A stretch of DNA of 63,847 nucleotides, counting the filler, from Lama guanicoe (Eukaryota), in NCBI GenBank assembly GCA_013239625.1. It is 141 parts of 141 records of this genome, joined end to end, with 100 filler letters (N's around TTAATTAATTAA, not from the genome) between each part and the next. Parts side by side here need not be neighbours in the genome. Positions count along the whole stretch, not along the records: positions 25,347 to 25,700 come from PNXV01057749.1; positions 25,801 to 26,153 come from PNXV01057750.1; positions 26,254 to 26,607 come from PNXV01057751.1; positions 26,708 to 27,060 come from PNXV01057752.1; positions 27,161 to 27,514 come from PNXV01057753.1; positions 27,615 to 27,968 come from PNXV01057754.1; positions 28,069 to 28,422 come from PNXV01057755.1; positions 28,523 to 28,876 come from PNXV01057756.1; 133 more parts are not named here. The stretch is one strand, 5' to 3'. A program made the position numbers and the translations under genes. The notes under the pieces are model-generated. The model worked only from the letters and a program-made list of their open reading frames with translations. It ran no database searches and was not told where the DNA came from. Positions 25,355 to 36,592 of this stretch are shown piece after piece (position 1 is the stretch's first letter; the number at the start of each line of letters is the position of its first letter).

Positions 25355-25660
25355 GGAGACCGCGGTTCGAGACATCCACATAACAGGAGTCCCGCCGGGA
25401 GAGAGAAAGGCAAACGGAAAGGAATTTTTTTTTTTTGAAAAACAAGAAAAGGCCGAGAATTTCACAGACTTAGGAAAAGATGTTCCTGGCTGTAAAGGGC
25501 TCACCAAGGGCCCAGCTGGAGAGATTAAAAATAAAGAACAAAATAAAAAATAAACTTTTCCCAGACACATTAAGGTAAAATGAAAGTTCATCAGAGGAAA
25601 GAGAAGATGCTAAAAACTGTCAAAAGGATAATGCAGATAGCCTGCCGTGACAGAAGAATA
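25355..25660 (+). mobile_element. Highly degenerate L1/HAL1 ORF1 fragment
   Basis: IHITGVPPGERK...ENFTDLGKD resembles ORF1p I.GVPE...ENFP.L. Confidence 0.55.
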
Positions 25661-26318
25661 AGAAGGAAGACATTGCCTGTGTGCCTCCCGTCTGCTATTG
25701 NNNNNNNNNNNNNNNNNNNNNNNNNNNNNNNNNNNNNNNNNNNNTTAATTAATTAANNNNNNNNNNNNNNNNNNNNNNNNNNNNNNNNNNNNNNNNNNNN
25801 TCTTGCATCCTTGAAGTCAGGTCTCATCTGGTCTCTTTCCCTGACTGTTAGCAAAAGAGACCTCAGGTCTTGAGGAAATGGAATGTGGCCTGGGCTCTGC
25901 TCTCTGTCTTCTCTGGTATGTTACAGAAGCCTGGCACTCAGTGATGGCTCAGGAATTGGTAGCCCCTGTCATTGTGTTTATTATCAGCTTTATTCCTCCC
26001 AACTCCCCCAAAACCCACGAGGGAATGCCCCATCTCACAATGAGTGGAGCGTGCAAGTAGGAAGAGACTGCCTAGACATGCAGCAGTTTGCTCTATCAAC
26101 CTCTAAAGCTGGGCTTCCTTCTGCTACACTGCTCCAATTCCCTTGGATGTGACNNNNNNNNNNNNNNNNNNNNNNNNNNNNNNNNNNNNNNNNNNNNTTA
26201 ATTAATTAANNNNNNNNNNNNNNNNNNNNNNNNNNNNNNNNNNNNNNNNNNNNCACCGTCTAGGCTCTGAGGGAAAAGGAGGGCTCAGGACTTCAGCCAG
26301 GGCTTCCTTGGCACCTAC

Positions 26319-26461
26319 TTGGGATGCTTGAAGGCCATGAGGCATCACTCGTACTTCCCCACCATGCTCCAGGCCATGACCAGGCCGTCGGCGCTGCCCG
26401 AGAGGAGATGTCACTGGTCAAAGAACAGACACTTCACGGCTCCCTCATGGCCGTTGAGAGT
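26319..26461 (-). pseudogene. FBXW10: FBXW10-like WD40 exon with two in-frame stops, splice sites intact
   Basis: ttcttgcag|TLNGHEGAVKCLFFDQ*HLLSGSADGLVMAWSMVGKYE*CLMAFKHPK|gtaggt. TGA at 26411-26413 (W in recalled human) and 26345-26347 (R). Confidence 0.88.
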
Positions 26462-26707
26462 CTGCAAGAAAGCATGCCCCTGTTTTCAGCCCGCCTTCAG
26501 CGCAGACTGGGGGCGTCTTCAGATGAGTCCCAGAGCCACACTCCACCGATCCGTGACGACCACCCACTCGGTGTGTACCTGAGCCGACCTGAATTTTGCT
26601 CTAAGAANNNNNNNNNNNNNNNNNNNNNNNNNNNNNNNNNNNNNNNNNNNNTTAATTAATTAANNNNNNNNNNNNNNNNNNNNNNNNNNNNNNNNNNNNN
26701 NNNNNNN

Positions 26708-27060
26708 TTCTCTCAAAGGTAACAGCTGTCCTGACTCCTAACACTAAAGACTCCTTGGCTGATTTTTCACATTCTATAAATGGAATCCTATGGTATGCAT
26801 GCTTTCTTTTCGCTTCTTTTGCTCAACATTTTGTTTGTGAAATCCATCTATGCTGTTGCATATAGACATGGTTTTATTACTTTTTATTACTGTGGTGTTC
26901 CCTTTTGTGATGATACCACATTTTAATCACTAACTTTACTACTAATGAGCATTGGATTGTTTCACTAGACTATTAAAACAATGCAGTATGAACATTGTTG
27001 TAGATGTCTCTTGGTGCACACGGGCAAACATTTTGTTGGATATATACTTAGTGGAACTGA
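26708..27060 (-). mobile_element. L1ME/MC 3'UTR
   Basis: tataaatggaatcctatggtatg...gctcaacattttgtttgtgaaatccatc. Confidence 0.75.
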
Positions 27061-27164
27061 NNNNNNNNNNNNNNNNNNNNNNNNNNNNNNNNNNNNNNNN
27101 NNNNTTAATTAATTAANNNNNNNNNNNNNNNNNNNNNNNNNNNNNNNNNNNNNNNNNNNNGTGT

Positions 27165-27380
27165 ATGATTCCAAAGGATCCCTGCAGCTACAGGGTAGAG
27201 GCTGGATTACGAGGGTGCGGTCCTGGGCGTGGGAGACTTGAAGTAGGCCACTGCAGCTGTGAAGCGAGTGATGGACATGGTTTGGACAAAGGTGGGGGCA
27301 GTGGAGAAGGTAAGGTGCAAATGATCAGGGTCACACTTCGGAGGTAAAACTGATAGGTGGACTGGCCACGTAGTGTGGGT
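27165..27380 (-). mobile_element. L2 fragment
   Basis: gtgatggacatggtttggacaaaggtgggggcagtggaga is an antisense L2 motif. Confidence 0.6.
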
Positions 27381-27734
27381 CAAGAGCATGTCAAGCAGGA
27401 TTTTTCTGTATTTTTTTTCTCCCCCAGTAAAATTTCAAAGGTAACAGTGTAAAGAGCTTGGTATTACATTAATTTCTTAGGGCTGTTATAACAAATTACT
27501 AAAACCAGTGACTCNNNNNNNNNNNNNNNNNNNNNNNNNNNNNNNNNNNNNNNNNNNNTTAATTAATTAANNNNNNNNNNNNNNNNNNNNNNNNNNNNNN
27601 NNNNNNNNNNNNNNATAAGTAAAAATATGTAACACAGGACTTTTTTTTCTGGCCACAGAGGACAAAATAATACAGGCCAACTGTTCCACTAATAATAACC
27701 AAAAGTGGTGGGGAAAATACTAAAATAATATTTA

Positions 27735-27968
27735 CTACTTAGTAATAAATCTGACAAAAGATATGTAAGACCTGTACACTGGAAATGACAAAATATCCCA
27801 GAAGGAAACTGAAAAAGATGTAAATAAATGGAGAGTAGAGAGAAATAACTTGTTCATCTTTGGGGAAACTCAATGTTTTTAAGATGTCATTTTCCTCAAA
27901 TTACTTATGTCTTCAGTGCTATCCCAATCAAACTTCCAACAGACATTTCTGCGGAAAAAAAAAAAAAA
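27735..27968 (+). mobile_element. Old L1 ORF2 fragment
   Basis: aataaatctgacaaaagatatgtaagacctgtacactggaaa...gctatcccaatcaaa. Confidence 0.8.
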
Positions 27969-28989
27969 NNNNNNNNNNNNNNNNNNNNNNNNNNNNNNNN
28001 NNNNNNNNNNNNTTAATTAATTAANNNNNNNNNNNNNNNNNNNNNNNNNNNNNNNNNNNNNNNNNNNNTTTTTTCCTTTTAAGGATCCTCATGCCAGGCT
28101 GTTTCTCAGATGTATTTTATTTTACTAAGAATTCCCCTTAAGTAGAATAATTTTCTGTAGCATAAGTAGAAATGAGGTATAAAAAATTTTCTGTTGGGTC
28201 GTAACATGTTGACCATTTGATTGACTGTCCCTTCAAAGCCCATGCTATTGCTTTATAAAGCTAGAAACTGCATCCAAGAAAACAAAAAGAAACCTAGAAA
28301 TATGGGCCAGCTATAGAATGTAGAATTAGATATTGAGTTACCCATTTAAAAGCCCAAGGAATTAAGTCGTTTAACTGATCTAGATGTGGATCCGTCAGAT
28401 CCACCCTTCCCTGGACTGGGATNNNNNNNNNNNNNNNNNNNNNNNNNNNNNNNNNNNNNNNNNNNNTTAATTAATTAANNNNNNNNNNNNNNNNNNNNNN
28501 NNNNNNNNNNNNNNNNNNNNNNTCTTGGAAATTTCTTTTTGAATAGTCCATTGAGAGTGGAGTGGGCAAAGATGAGGTCGACATGAATCGAATAGTTTCC
28601 AAACTCCACCTGGAACTGCATTCAGAGCCTGACATATAGTTTTAAGAAATACAGTGATGAAAGTAGTTCCATTTTTGAGGGTGAATTTGATATTTGGAGA
28701 TAATTTAAAAATCCTTTGGAGCCAAACACGTACTTGGTGAAAAAAGTATAATCTTGGTATTCATTCTTCCTTTGATCAAAATGAGCTGTCTTCTTAAATG
28801 AGGCCAGTGATTTTCATATGGTTCACAAGCTGATGACAGTTCCACAGGAGGGGTTATGAATACATGTTCGGCGTTGNNNNNNNNNNNNNNNNNNNNNNNN
28901 NNNNNNNNNNNNNNNNNNNNTTAATTAATTAANNNNNNNNNNNNNNNNNNNNNNNNNNNNNNNNNNNNNNNNNNNNGTTAGCGGTAAAG

Positions 28990-29330
28990 AATAGGTTGAG
29001 GTGTTTGTTGTTTTCCCCTCAGAGAGGTTCAGTTTTTTTCCAGCACCATTTATTGAGAAGACTATCTTTCATCACTGAAATCCTTGGAGAAATCAGTTGG
29101 CTGTGTTCGTCTGCGTCTGTTGCTGGACTCTGTTCTTTCCTGCTGATCTGTGTGGCTGTCCTTTCACCAATGCCATACGTCTTGATTACTGTAGGTTCAT
29201 AGTGGGTCTTGAAATCACGTTATGTGAGTCTTCCGACTTTGTTCTTCTTTTTCAGAATTATTTTGACTATGTTAGGTCCTTTACCTTCCTATATAAATTT
29301 TAGAATCTTTTTGTTGATATCTTAAAAAAA
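28990..29330 (-). mobile_element. L1 ORF2 fragment
   Basis: ccagcaccatttattgaagagact...cttgattactgtagg...actttgttcttctttttcag. Confidence 0.85.
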
Positions 29331-29953
29331 NNNNNNNNNNNNNNNNNNNNNNNNNNNNNNNNNNNNNNNNNNNNTTAATTAATTAANNNNNNNNNNNNNN
29401 NNNNNNNNNNNNNNNNNNNNNNNNNNNNNNAGAATATCAATTGTCCTTGGTTAATGAGAAAATTATAGCAATAAGATCTGTATCAGTAGCAGTGGAGGGG
29501 TGATAGAAAAAAAAGTTTGGCATAGAATTGATAAGAAAAAAAATCAATTGATTTTATCAACTGATCTGCCCAAATGTCCCCAGAAAACCCTATGGCAAGG
29601 GCCACTGATCTCTCAGATGTGTCACCCCAGGAGCAATGTGAACCTTGGTTTGGGAAATCTGACATGATGACTTTGGCCTATGCATTGGTTCAGTTTATAT
29701 CTTAACTTACATTCTGGGCTTTTCTTTTAGTCTAGTATCTATATTATTGATCTGTGTTCTAGTTATGAGAACTAAATTCCTATTNNNNNNNNNNNNNNNN
29801 NNNNNNNNNNNNNNNNNNNNNNNNNNNNTTAATTAATTAANNNNNNNNNNNNNNNNNNNNNNNNNNNNNNNNNNNNNNNNNNNNACCAGATCATAAAATG
29901 AACTTTTTATTTTCTAACAAAATAAATTTTAAGATAAGCATATTTCACTGCAG

Positions 29954-30127
29954 ATTCACATTAAAACAAGAAACAAAGAAAAATGCTTATATATTATATG
30001 AAAAAACTAAGGAAGATTTAAAAAGAAAAAAGAATACAATGAACAAGTTTACCAGAAATAGCAACTTGAAAGCACTGTCCGAGCACTAGAGTTCGAACTG
30101 AAGAGCATAAAGAATAAACCAAATCAG
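29954..30127 (+). pseudogene. ANKRD26/CCDC144-family coiled-coil exon with frameshift and stop
   Basis: cactgcag|RFTLKQETKKNAYILYEKTKEDLKRK-(frameshift)-EYNEQVYQK*QLESTVRALEFELKSIKNKPNQ|gtaaat, vs recalled ANKRD26 RFSLNQEEEKRRNADTLYEKIREQL...QQLE...LEMELRTVKSNLNQ. TAG at 30059-30061. Confidence 0.8.
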
Positions 30128-31029
30128 GTAAATTAGTCTTAGGTGAAATTTTCATTATCTCTAACACTGTTTCATCAATATTATTTATAATATGCCTTTG
30201 AATTAATCTATATTTTCATTTAAAACAAATAAAAAAATNNNNNNNNNNNNNNNNNNNNNNNNNNNNNNNNNNNNNNNNNNNNTTAATTAATTAANNNNNN
30301 NNNNNNNNNNNNNNNNNNNNNNNNNNNNNNNNNNNNNNGGAACGCGGCTTCCTCAGGCCGACCTCTGCTCCGCGCGGTGAGAGAGAACGCCTCCCTGTCT
30401 GGGCACCTGTGTGTGGCGAGGACCCTCTGGAGCGAAGCCTGAGGCGAGGATCTGGTGCCCGCGGATGGACGGGCGGAAAGTCACAGGGCTGGGGTGGCAG
30501 GAGGGGGTTCCTGACAGCTGTCCTTCCCTTGGGGAGGGAGGAGGGCGGTAAAATCCACGCATTTTCAGGCTAGCGGGTGTGCATTTGGACACGTGGATGG
30601 AGGGGACACATGAACATGGGTGGGACAAGGCTGCTGTCTGCTGCAGCAGGAGGCCCCGTCTCGGTTCCCGCACTGCCCTCAGCGGCTCAGACNNNNNNNN
30701 NNNNNNNNNNNNNNNNNNNNNNNNNNNNNNNNNNNNTTAATTAATTAANNNNNNNNNNNNNNNNNNNNNNNNNNNNNNNNNNNNNNNNNNNNGCCTAGAT
30801 TGAATTTTATAAAATGACTGGAGGTTGTAAAACTTTCTAGATGTCTTTGTGGAATGCGATATTATCAGGTATCTTTTGGAATCCCTCTTACATTTGCCTG
30901 CGTCTAGAATATGCCTGGATATACTGATCCATCTTGTGAAGTAAAGCTTGATGTCCAACTTCCTTTTCTTATCAAAGTGCCCCCCAATTGCCTCCACTTT
31001 TAGACCCTCTGCGGCCCACTGTTCACTGA

Positions 31030-31126
31030 AATAAAGCAGAATTTCAGTCCCTCTTTCAGGCCTGCTGAATCAGCACCTGCATTTTGCTGCGATTCTCATA
31101 CACACAATTAGTTTGAGAAACACTGA
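31030..31126. mobile_element. MER5-like hAT-Charlie remnant
   Basis: cctgctgaatcagcacctgcatttt...gattctcatacacacaattagtttgagaaacactg. Confidence 0.65.
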
Positions 31127-31939
31127 TTTAGCCCCTGACACAGCCCNNNNNNNNNNNNNNNNNNNNNNNNNNNNNNNNNNNNNNNNNNNNTTAATTAATT
31201 AANNNNNNNNNNNNNNNNNNNNNNNNNNNNNNNNNNNNNNNNNNNNATTTGATGTATGAAGCATTTGTATTAAATGACCCTTTCTGCTCTTCCCTATTAG
31301 ACCCTTATTCCGTTCCCTTCCCTTGCTTCTCCCCAACATCTCCCCTCCTTCAGTAGTTTTTTATTCATGGGGTGTGGGAGGAGGAGAAGCCTTCGTTTGC
31401 AGGTGTGACCCGTGTAGCTGTATGCTTTCTCACCCAGGCATGTTTCTGGGTCCTTCTGGGATTTTTGCCCAGAAGTTGAGCATCCAGAACTTGTCAAATT
31501 GGACGTCAAGGTTGTTGGATGCAAGGTCTTCTCGGCACAAGCTGTGGGTGAACCAGAGGCAGCAGGGTAGCAACGTGCACTTTCATTGTATACACGTGGT
31601 NNNNNNNNNNNNNNNNNNNNNNNNNNNNNNNNNNNNNNNNNNNNTTAATTAATTAANNNNNNNNNNNNNNNNNNNNNNNNNNNNNNNNNNNNNNNNNNNN
31701 ATATATATTCTTTTTCATTATAGGTTACTACAAGATATTGAATATAGTTAATCAAACCAATCTACTATGTCACTTTGAAGAGTCTCAAGCAACTTGTTAG
31801 GGAAGAAAGTAAGTTAGTTTGTTGAGAATGAATGAGCTGATATTGTGGGTAGAGGAGCATTTTTTAAAAGCAGAGACAAGGGAAGATCATAAAAATAACA
31901 CTACAACCAATAATAATAGCATCTCCCATTTCTTTATTT

Positions 31940-32052
31940 TTCTTTTTTTTTACATTTTTTTACTGAGTTATAGTCATTTTTCTATGTTGTGTCAAGTTCC
32001 AGTGTAGAGCACAACTTTTCAGTTATACATAAACATACATATATTCATTGTC
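31940..32052 (-). mobile_element. Young L1 3' end
   Basis: tgagttatagtcatttt...tgttgtgtcaagttccagtgtagagcac is the reverse of the 22630 motif. Confidence 0.75.
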
Positions 32053-32152
32053 NNNNNNNNNNNNNNNNNNNNNNNNNNNNNNNNNNNNNNNNNNNNTTAA
32101 TTAATTAANNNNNNNNNNNNNNNNNNNNNNNNNNNNNNNNNNNNNNNNNNNN

Positions 32153-32506
32153 AGAATGACAGCTCCCTTGGTGGTGTGGCACCATCAGGGACCAAGCCAT
32201 CTTCTAGGCTTTCCTCCTGTATAGCTGTGATTGCAGCCCTCAGTGCTAAAAAGGCCCCTTTCAATCCTCTAAAGAACCAGTGACCAATTCCAGGGAGTCC
32301 TCTCTGTTACCCAAAGAAGTAAATGACAGCCCTAGAGACATTGAAAATTCTCCTGAATCCCAGAGTCTCATCAAAGGGATGAAAAAACCATCCTTCAAGC
32401 AGCCAGATAGTCCCTGGAGCATCTCCAGTGAGAGCAGTAGGGAGGGATCACCCTCCTCTCCTGCAGGGTCGACACCAGCAATCCTCAAAGTCCGCATCAA
32501 AACCAA
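32153..32506 (+). pseudogene. ZNF532: ZNF532-derived sequence with -1 frameshift
   Basis: LSSCIAVIAALSAKKA-(17 nt where 18 are expected, ~32254-32270)-KEPVTNSRESSLLPKEVNDSPRDIENSPESQSLIKGMKKPSFKQPDSPWSISSESSREGSPSSPAGSTPAILKVRIKT matches recalled ZNF532. Confidence 0.85.
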
Positions 32507-33060
32507 NNNNNNNNNNNNNNNNNNNNNNNNNNNNNNNNNNNNNNNNNNNNTTAATTAATTAANNNNNNNNNNNNNNNNNNNNNNNNNNNNNNNNNNNNNN
32601 NNNNNNGCAACATTTTTTCTGTATCTTTTCAGCTTGTAGTCTTCACCGCAGGAACGACAGAGAAGGGTAAAAACTGCCACTATCTGTGCTCATTTTTCTA
32701 CAAAATGCCCCAAATAATAACTCTGATTGTCTCTGGATGAGGAAAAATAGATTATTTTTATTTTCTTATCTGTCCTTTTTTGTATTCCATAATTATTTCA
32801 ATTTGCATGCTTTATTTTTACATTAAGAAAAATCAGTACAATTTATTGCTTTTAATATAGAAAAGGAATAATGCCCTGTAGCAACATACGCTTACCTCAT
32901 TGATATGTGGAAATGTACATTACAGAAATTAACTTACTTGCCTGATGGAAATGTACTTTTNNNNNNNNNNNNNNNNNNNNNNNNNNNNNNNNNNNNNNNN
33001 NNNNTTAATTAATTAANNNNNNNNNNNNNNNNNNNNNNNNNNNNNNNNNNNNNNNNNNNN

Positions 33061-33414
33061 GACAGAGACACTGGCAAAATGACACTAGTCACTTTGGGGA
33101 ACTCGTTCTGCTGCAATAACACAAGCACCAGAAACCACCATATTGGAATCCCCTTCCAGTCCGCCCTCCAGCCGCCAGGATCAGCTGCATGCCCTCCCAC
33201 AGCTGAGCAGACAGATGTGTAGGGACCCAGCCCCACCCTCCAACAGGCTGGCACCAGAGCCAAGCCCACATGTGCTGCACTGCCAGCTGCATGGGAATCC
33301 ATCCTTGGCCATCAGCCAGCCTGCAGCATCCCCAGGCTGCACAGCAAGTTGCATGGGAAGCCAACCCTACCCTCCAGGGGCCCCGCAGCAACTGCGCAAA
33401 CCACAGCCTCACAG
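33061..33414 (+). mobile_element. L1 5'UTR with internal imperfect repeats
   Basis: Repeated cagctgcatggga/ccagccccaccc units typical of laurasiatherian L1 5'UTRs. Confidence 0.55.
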
Positions 33415-33514
33415 NNNNNNNNNNNNNNNNNNNNNNNNNNNNNNNNNNNNNNNNNNNNTTAATTAATTAANNNNNNNNNNNNNNNNNNNNNNNNNNNNNN
33501 NNNNNNNNNNNNNN

Positions 33515-33868
33515 ACTCTTTTTTCAGGTTGAGGAAGATTACTAAGAAATGTTCATCATGAATAGATGTCGAGTTCTATCATATCCTTGTTCTGCATCAA
33601 TTGGTGTTATGATGTGGCTTTTCTTTCGTCTGCTAAAATTGTGCATTATGTTTATCAGTTTTCAAAATTGAACTGTGTGAATTTCTTAGATAAACCCTGG
33701 TTTAATATTGTCTTAATATAGTTTTGGATTTAGTTTGCTAATATTTTATTGAAGATTTGTATTTATATTCATGAAAGATATACATCTGTAGTTATTTTAA
33801 CACCTTTATTGTGGCATGATTCCTGTACAGGAAACTACACATATTTCAGATGTACAATTTGATGAATT
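33515..33868 (-). mobile_element. Old L1 ORF2 and L1 3' end fragments
   Basis: ttggatttagtttgctaatattttattgaagattt is antisense RT sequence. Confidence 0.75.
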
Positions 33869-33968
33869 NNNNNNNNNNNNNNNNNNNNNNNNNNNNNNNN
33901 NNNNNNNNNNNNTTAATTAATTAANNNNNNNNNNNNNNNNNNNNNNNNNNNNNNNNNNNNNNNNNNNN

Positions 33969-34322
33969 CAATAAAATGTTAGCAAACAGAATTTAACAAT
34001 ATATAAAAAGGATCACACACCACGATCAATTAGGATTGTTCCAGGGTTGCAAAGATATTTCAGTATTTGCGAATCAATGTGATATACCACATTAACAAAA
34101 GGAAGGATAAAAACTACATATCATCTTGATAGATATAGAAATTACATATCATCTTAATAGAAAAACATTTGACAAAATTTAACATCCATTCAAGATGAAA
34201 CATTCTCATCATAGTGGTCTAGAGGGAACATATCTCAACATAATAAAGGCCCTTTATGACAAACTCACACATAACATCATTCATATTTTCAATGGGGAAA
34301 AGCTGAAGGTCTTTTCTCTCAA
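33969..34322 (+). mobile_element. L1 ORF2 RT fragment
   Basis: aaaaggatcacacaccacgatcaa...catttgacaaaattt...aatggggaaaagctgaagg. Confidence 0.9.
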
Positions 34323-34422
34323 NNNNNNNNNNNNNNNNNNNNNNNNNNNNNNNNNNNNNNNNNNNNTTAATTAATTAANNNNNNNNNNNNNNNNNNNNNN
34401 NNNNNNNNNNNNNNNNNNNNNN

Positions 34423-34776
34423 CCCCAACCCGGCTGGGGGCCAGCCACGCCTCCTCGAGCGCTCGCAGCCCCCCATCCCACCAGAGGGACCCACGCAGCC
34501 CCCCTGGGGGGCCTAGAGCGCAGAGCTGGGGTGACGCGAGGGGAGTGCGCGGCGGGGACGCGGAGGACGCCTCCCACAGAGGTCGCCCCTCCAAGGGGGA
34601 CACACAACTAGCCCACCACGTACGTGAAACACAACCAGCAAGTGAGATAAAACGAGGCGGCAGAGGGACGTGTTCCAGACGAAGGAAGAAGGTAACGTCC
34701 CAGAAGGAGAACGAAGCCAAGGGAGACAGGCAGCGCACCCGGGAGGCAGTTCAGGGTCACGGTCGTACAGAGGACC
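34423..34776 (+). mobile_element. L1 5'UTR end / ORF1 start, strongly GC- and CpG-enriched
   Basis: From 34652: TRRQRDVFQTKEEGNVPEGERS, vs recalled L1 ORF1 start MRRQRNMFQMKEQDKTPEKELS. Confidence 0.7.
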
Positions 34777-35784
34777 NNNNNNNNNNNNNNNNNNNNNNNN
34801 NNNNNNNNNNNNNNNNNNNNTTAATTAATTAANNNNNNNNNNNNNNNNNNNNNNNNNNNNNNNNNNNNNNNNNNNNAGGGGAGGCACAAGCTCCAACATG
34901 GTTATCCACAGCAAACAGCTTTTACATTGAAAACGGTGTTAGGAATCATTCTGAGAATTCAGAGAATGTGTTTATAAATGTCACTCTGCCTTTTATGCTG
35001 GATAAAAGGACGGCTCTCCACATACTCTATCTTCAGGTCTGTATGTGTGTGGAAGCCCACCCTCACCTAGGTTGTAGGGAACCTAGAGTTTCTGAACTAG
35101 GGAAACTATGCTGCTTTCATATATATGGGGATTACAAGTACCAACTCGGTTTTCCACTACAAACCGCTTTTCCTTGAAACGGGCTTTCAGAAACATGCTG
35201 AGAAATCAGAGTAAGTGTTTCTGTATTTGANNNNNNNNNNNNNNNNNNNNNNNNNNNNNNNNNNNNNNNNNNNNTTAATTAATTAANNNNNNNNNNNNNN
35301 NNNNNNNNNNNNNNNNNNNNNNNNNNNNNNAAAAAAAGTTGCTTTGAACTATGTGCACTTGGCAAAATGATGCAATTCAGTTCTGCATTCTCTGGCATTT
35401 TTTCCTGTGCTTTTAGGGGCAGCCAGTAAATGGGATCAATACTGATGGCAAATTGAGTTTTCAAAAAAACATTGAAGAAGCATTCATTACACTAAATAAA
35501 ACAGATTTGTCTTTTTATGAAATAAAAGCACTTTAAAAAGGCATCATATTAGTTTTAATACTATCAAAGTTGGTGGCTATTCATTCTAGTTCATTTTACG
35601 CCCCTGTCTTCTGACTCTGTCAGGTCACTTTCAATTCATTTTGTTTGAAATGAGGTTCATAAAACATGGTGATGCTTTTTTTTTNNNNNNNNNNNNNNNN
35701 NNNNNNNNNNNNNNNNNNNNNNNNNNNNTTAATTAATTAANNNNNNNNNNNNNNNNNNNNNNNNNNNNNNNNNNNNNNNNNNNN

Positions 35785-35916
35785 CCACCTGCACAGTCAG
35801 GTACTTCTGGATTGGGTCTCTTCCATTCAGGTTTTTTGGAAATTTTGCTGAAAATACAATAAACACTGAAAGTCTGTAGACAGAGATCCCAATAACTGAA
35901 GCAATGGTAGCAGGAC
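35785..35916 (-). pseudogene. ANO6: ANO6 (TMEM16F)-like exon, degenerate (no AG at expected acceptor, -1 frameshift at exon start)
   Basis: IASVIGISVYRLSVFIVFSAKFPKNLNGRDPIQKYLTVQV vs recalled ANO6 IASVIGIIVYRLSVFIVFSAKLPKNINGTDPIQKYLTPQT. Upstream reads gttgtcat|gtcctgctacc (11 nt for 4 codons), then non-coding sequence. Confidence 0.82.
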
Positions 35917-36238
35917 ATGACAACCCAAAAACCCAGCAGCATGAGACTCATTAATGATTGCATTTACACAGAAACTTGCCCCAAACCCACGCTTAAACAG
36001 ACAAAATGCATGTGCTGTTAACCTCACATAAAGGTGAGAAGTGATGAAAATCGCACATAAATGCCACAAGAGACGTGAATATCAGGCACGTTAAACTTTA
36101 GGGGAGGAGGAATGAAGGATGTCAAAAAGAATGAGGGCNNNNNNNNNNNNNNNNNNNNNNNNNNNNNNNNNNNNNNNNNNNNTTAATTAATTAANNNNNN
36201 NNNNNNNNNNNNNNNNNNNNNNNNNNNNNNNNNNNNNN

Positions 36239-36592
36239 CTTGCAAAATCCTTCTGGAATATTCCAGAAGGTAAATACAGCTTGGTCGAGTGATTTCCAGA
36301 TGTGGAGACTAAGACCAGCCAGAGGAAGCAAGGTGCCCTGGTCACACGAAAACCACCACATTTGGCCTCCCCCTAAACTTCTCTTTTTTTTGGTGGGGGG
36401 AAGTAATTAGGTATGTATTTATTTATTTATAATGGAGGTACTGGGGATCGAGCCCAGGACTTTATGTATGCTAAGCACGTGTTCCACCGCTGAGCTACAC
36501 CCTCCCTTCTAAACCTACCTCTTTTGTCTCTCCACTTCCAACGTCATCCCTCCTCCTGCCTGGCACATCATCCCTTGCCCAGCTGCATCTCT
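36239..36592 (+). repeat. Duplicate contig A (near-identical to 54848-55202)
   Basis: About 19 differences in 354 bp by manual alignment; first 49 and last 49 bp identical. Confidence 0.97.
36384..36507 (-). mobile_element. Vic-1-type SINE, full length
   Basis: Reverse of gggagggtgtagctcagcggtggaacacgtgcttagcatacataaagtcctgggctcgatccccagtacctcc...ctaattac; degenerate TSD ctaaac...cttt. Confidence 0.9.

Noticed and set aside
26324..26659. 111-aa plus-strand ORF (MLEGHEASLV...)
   Set aside because: Antisense shadow of the FBXW10-like exon.
28523..28876. Possible two-exon structure on the minus strand
   Set aside because: The splice-compatible frame contains stops and I recognise no protein.
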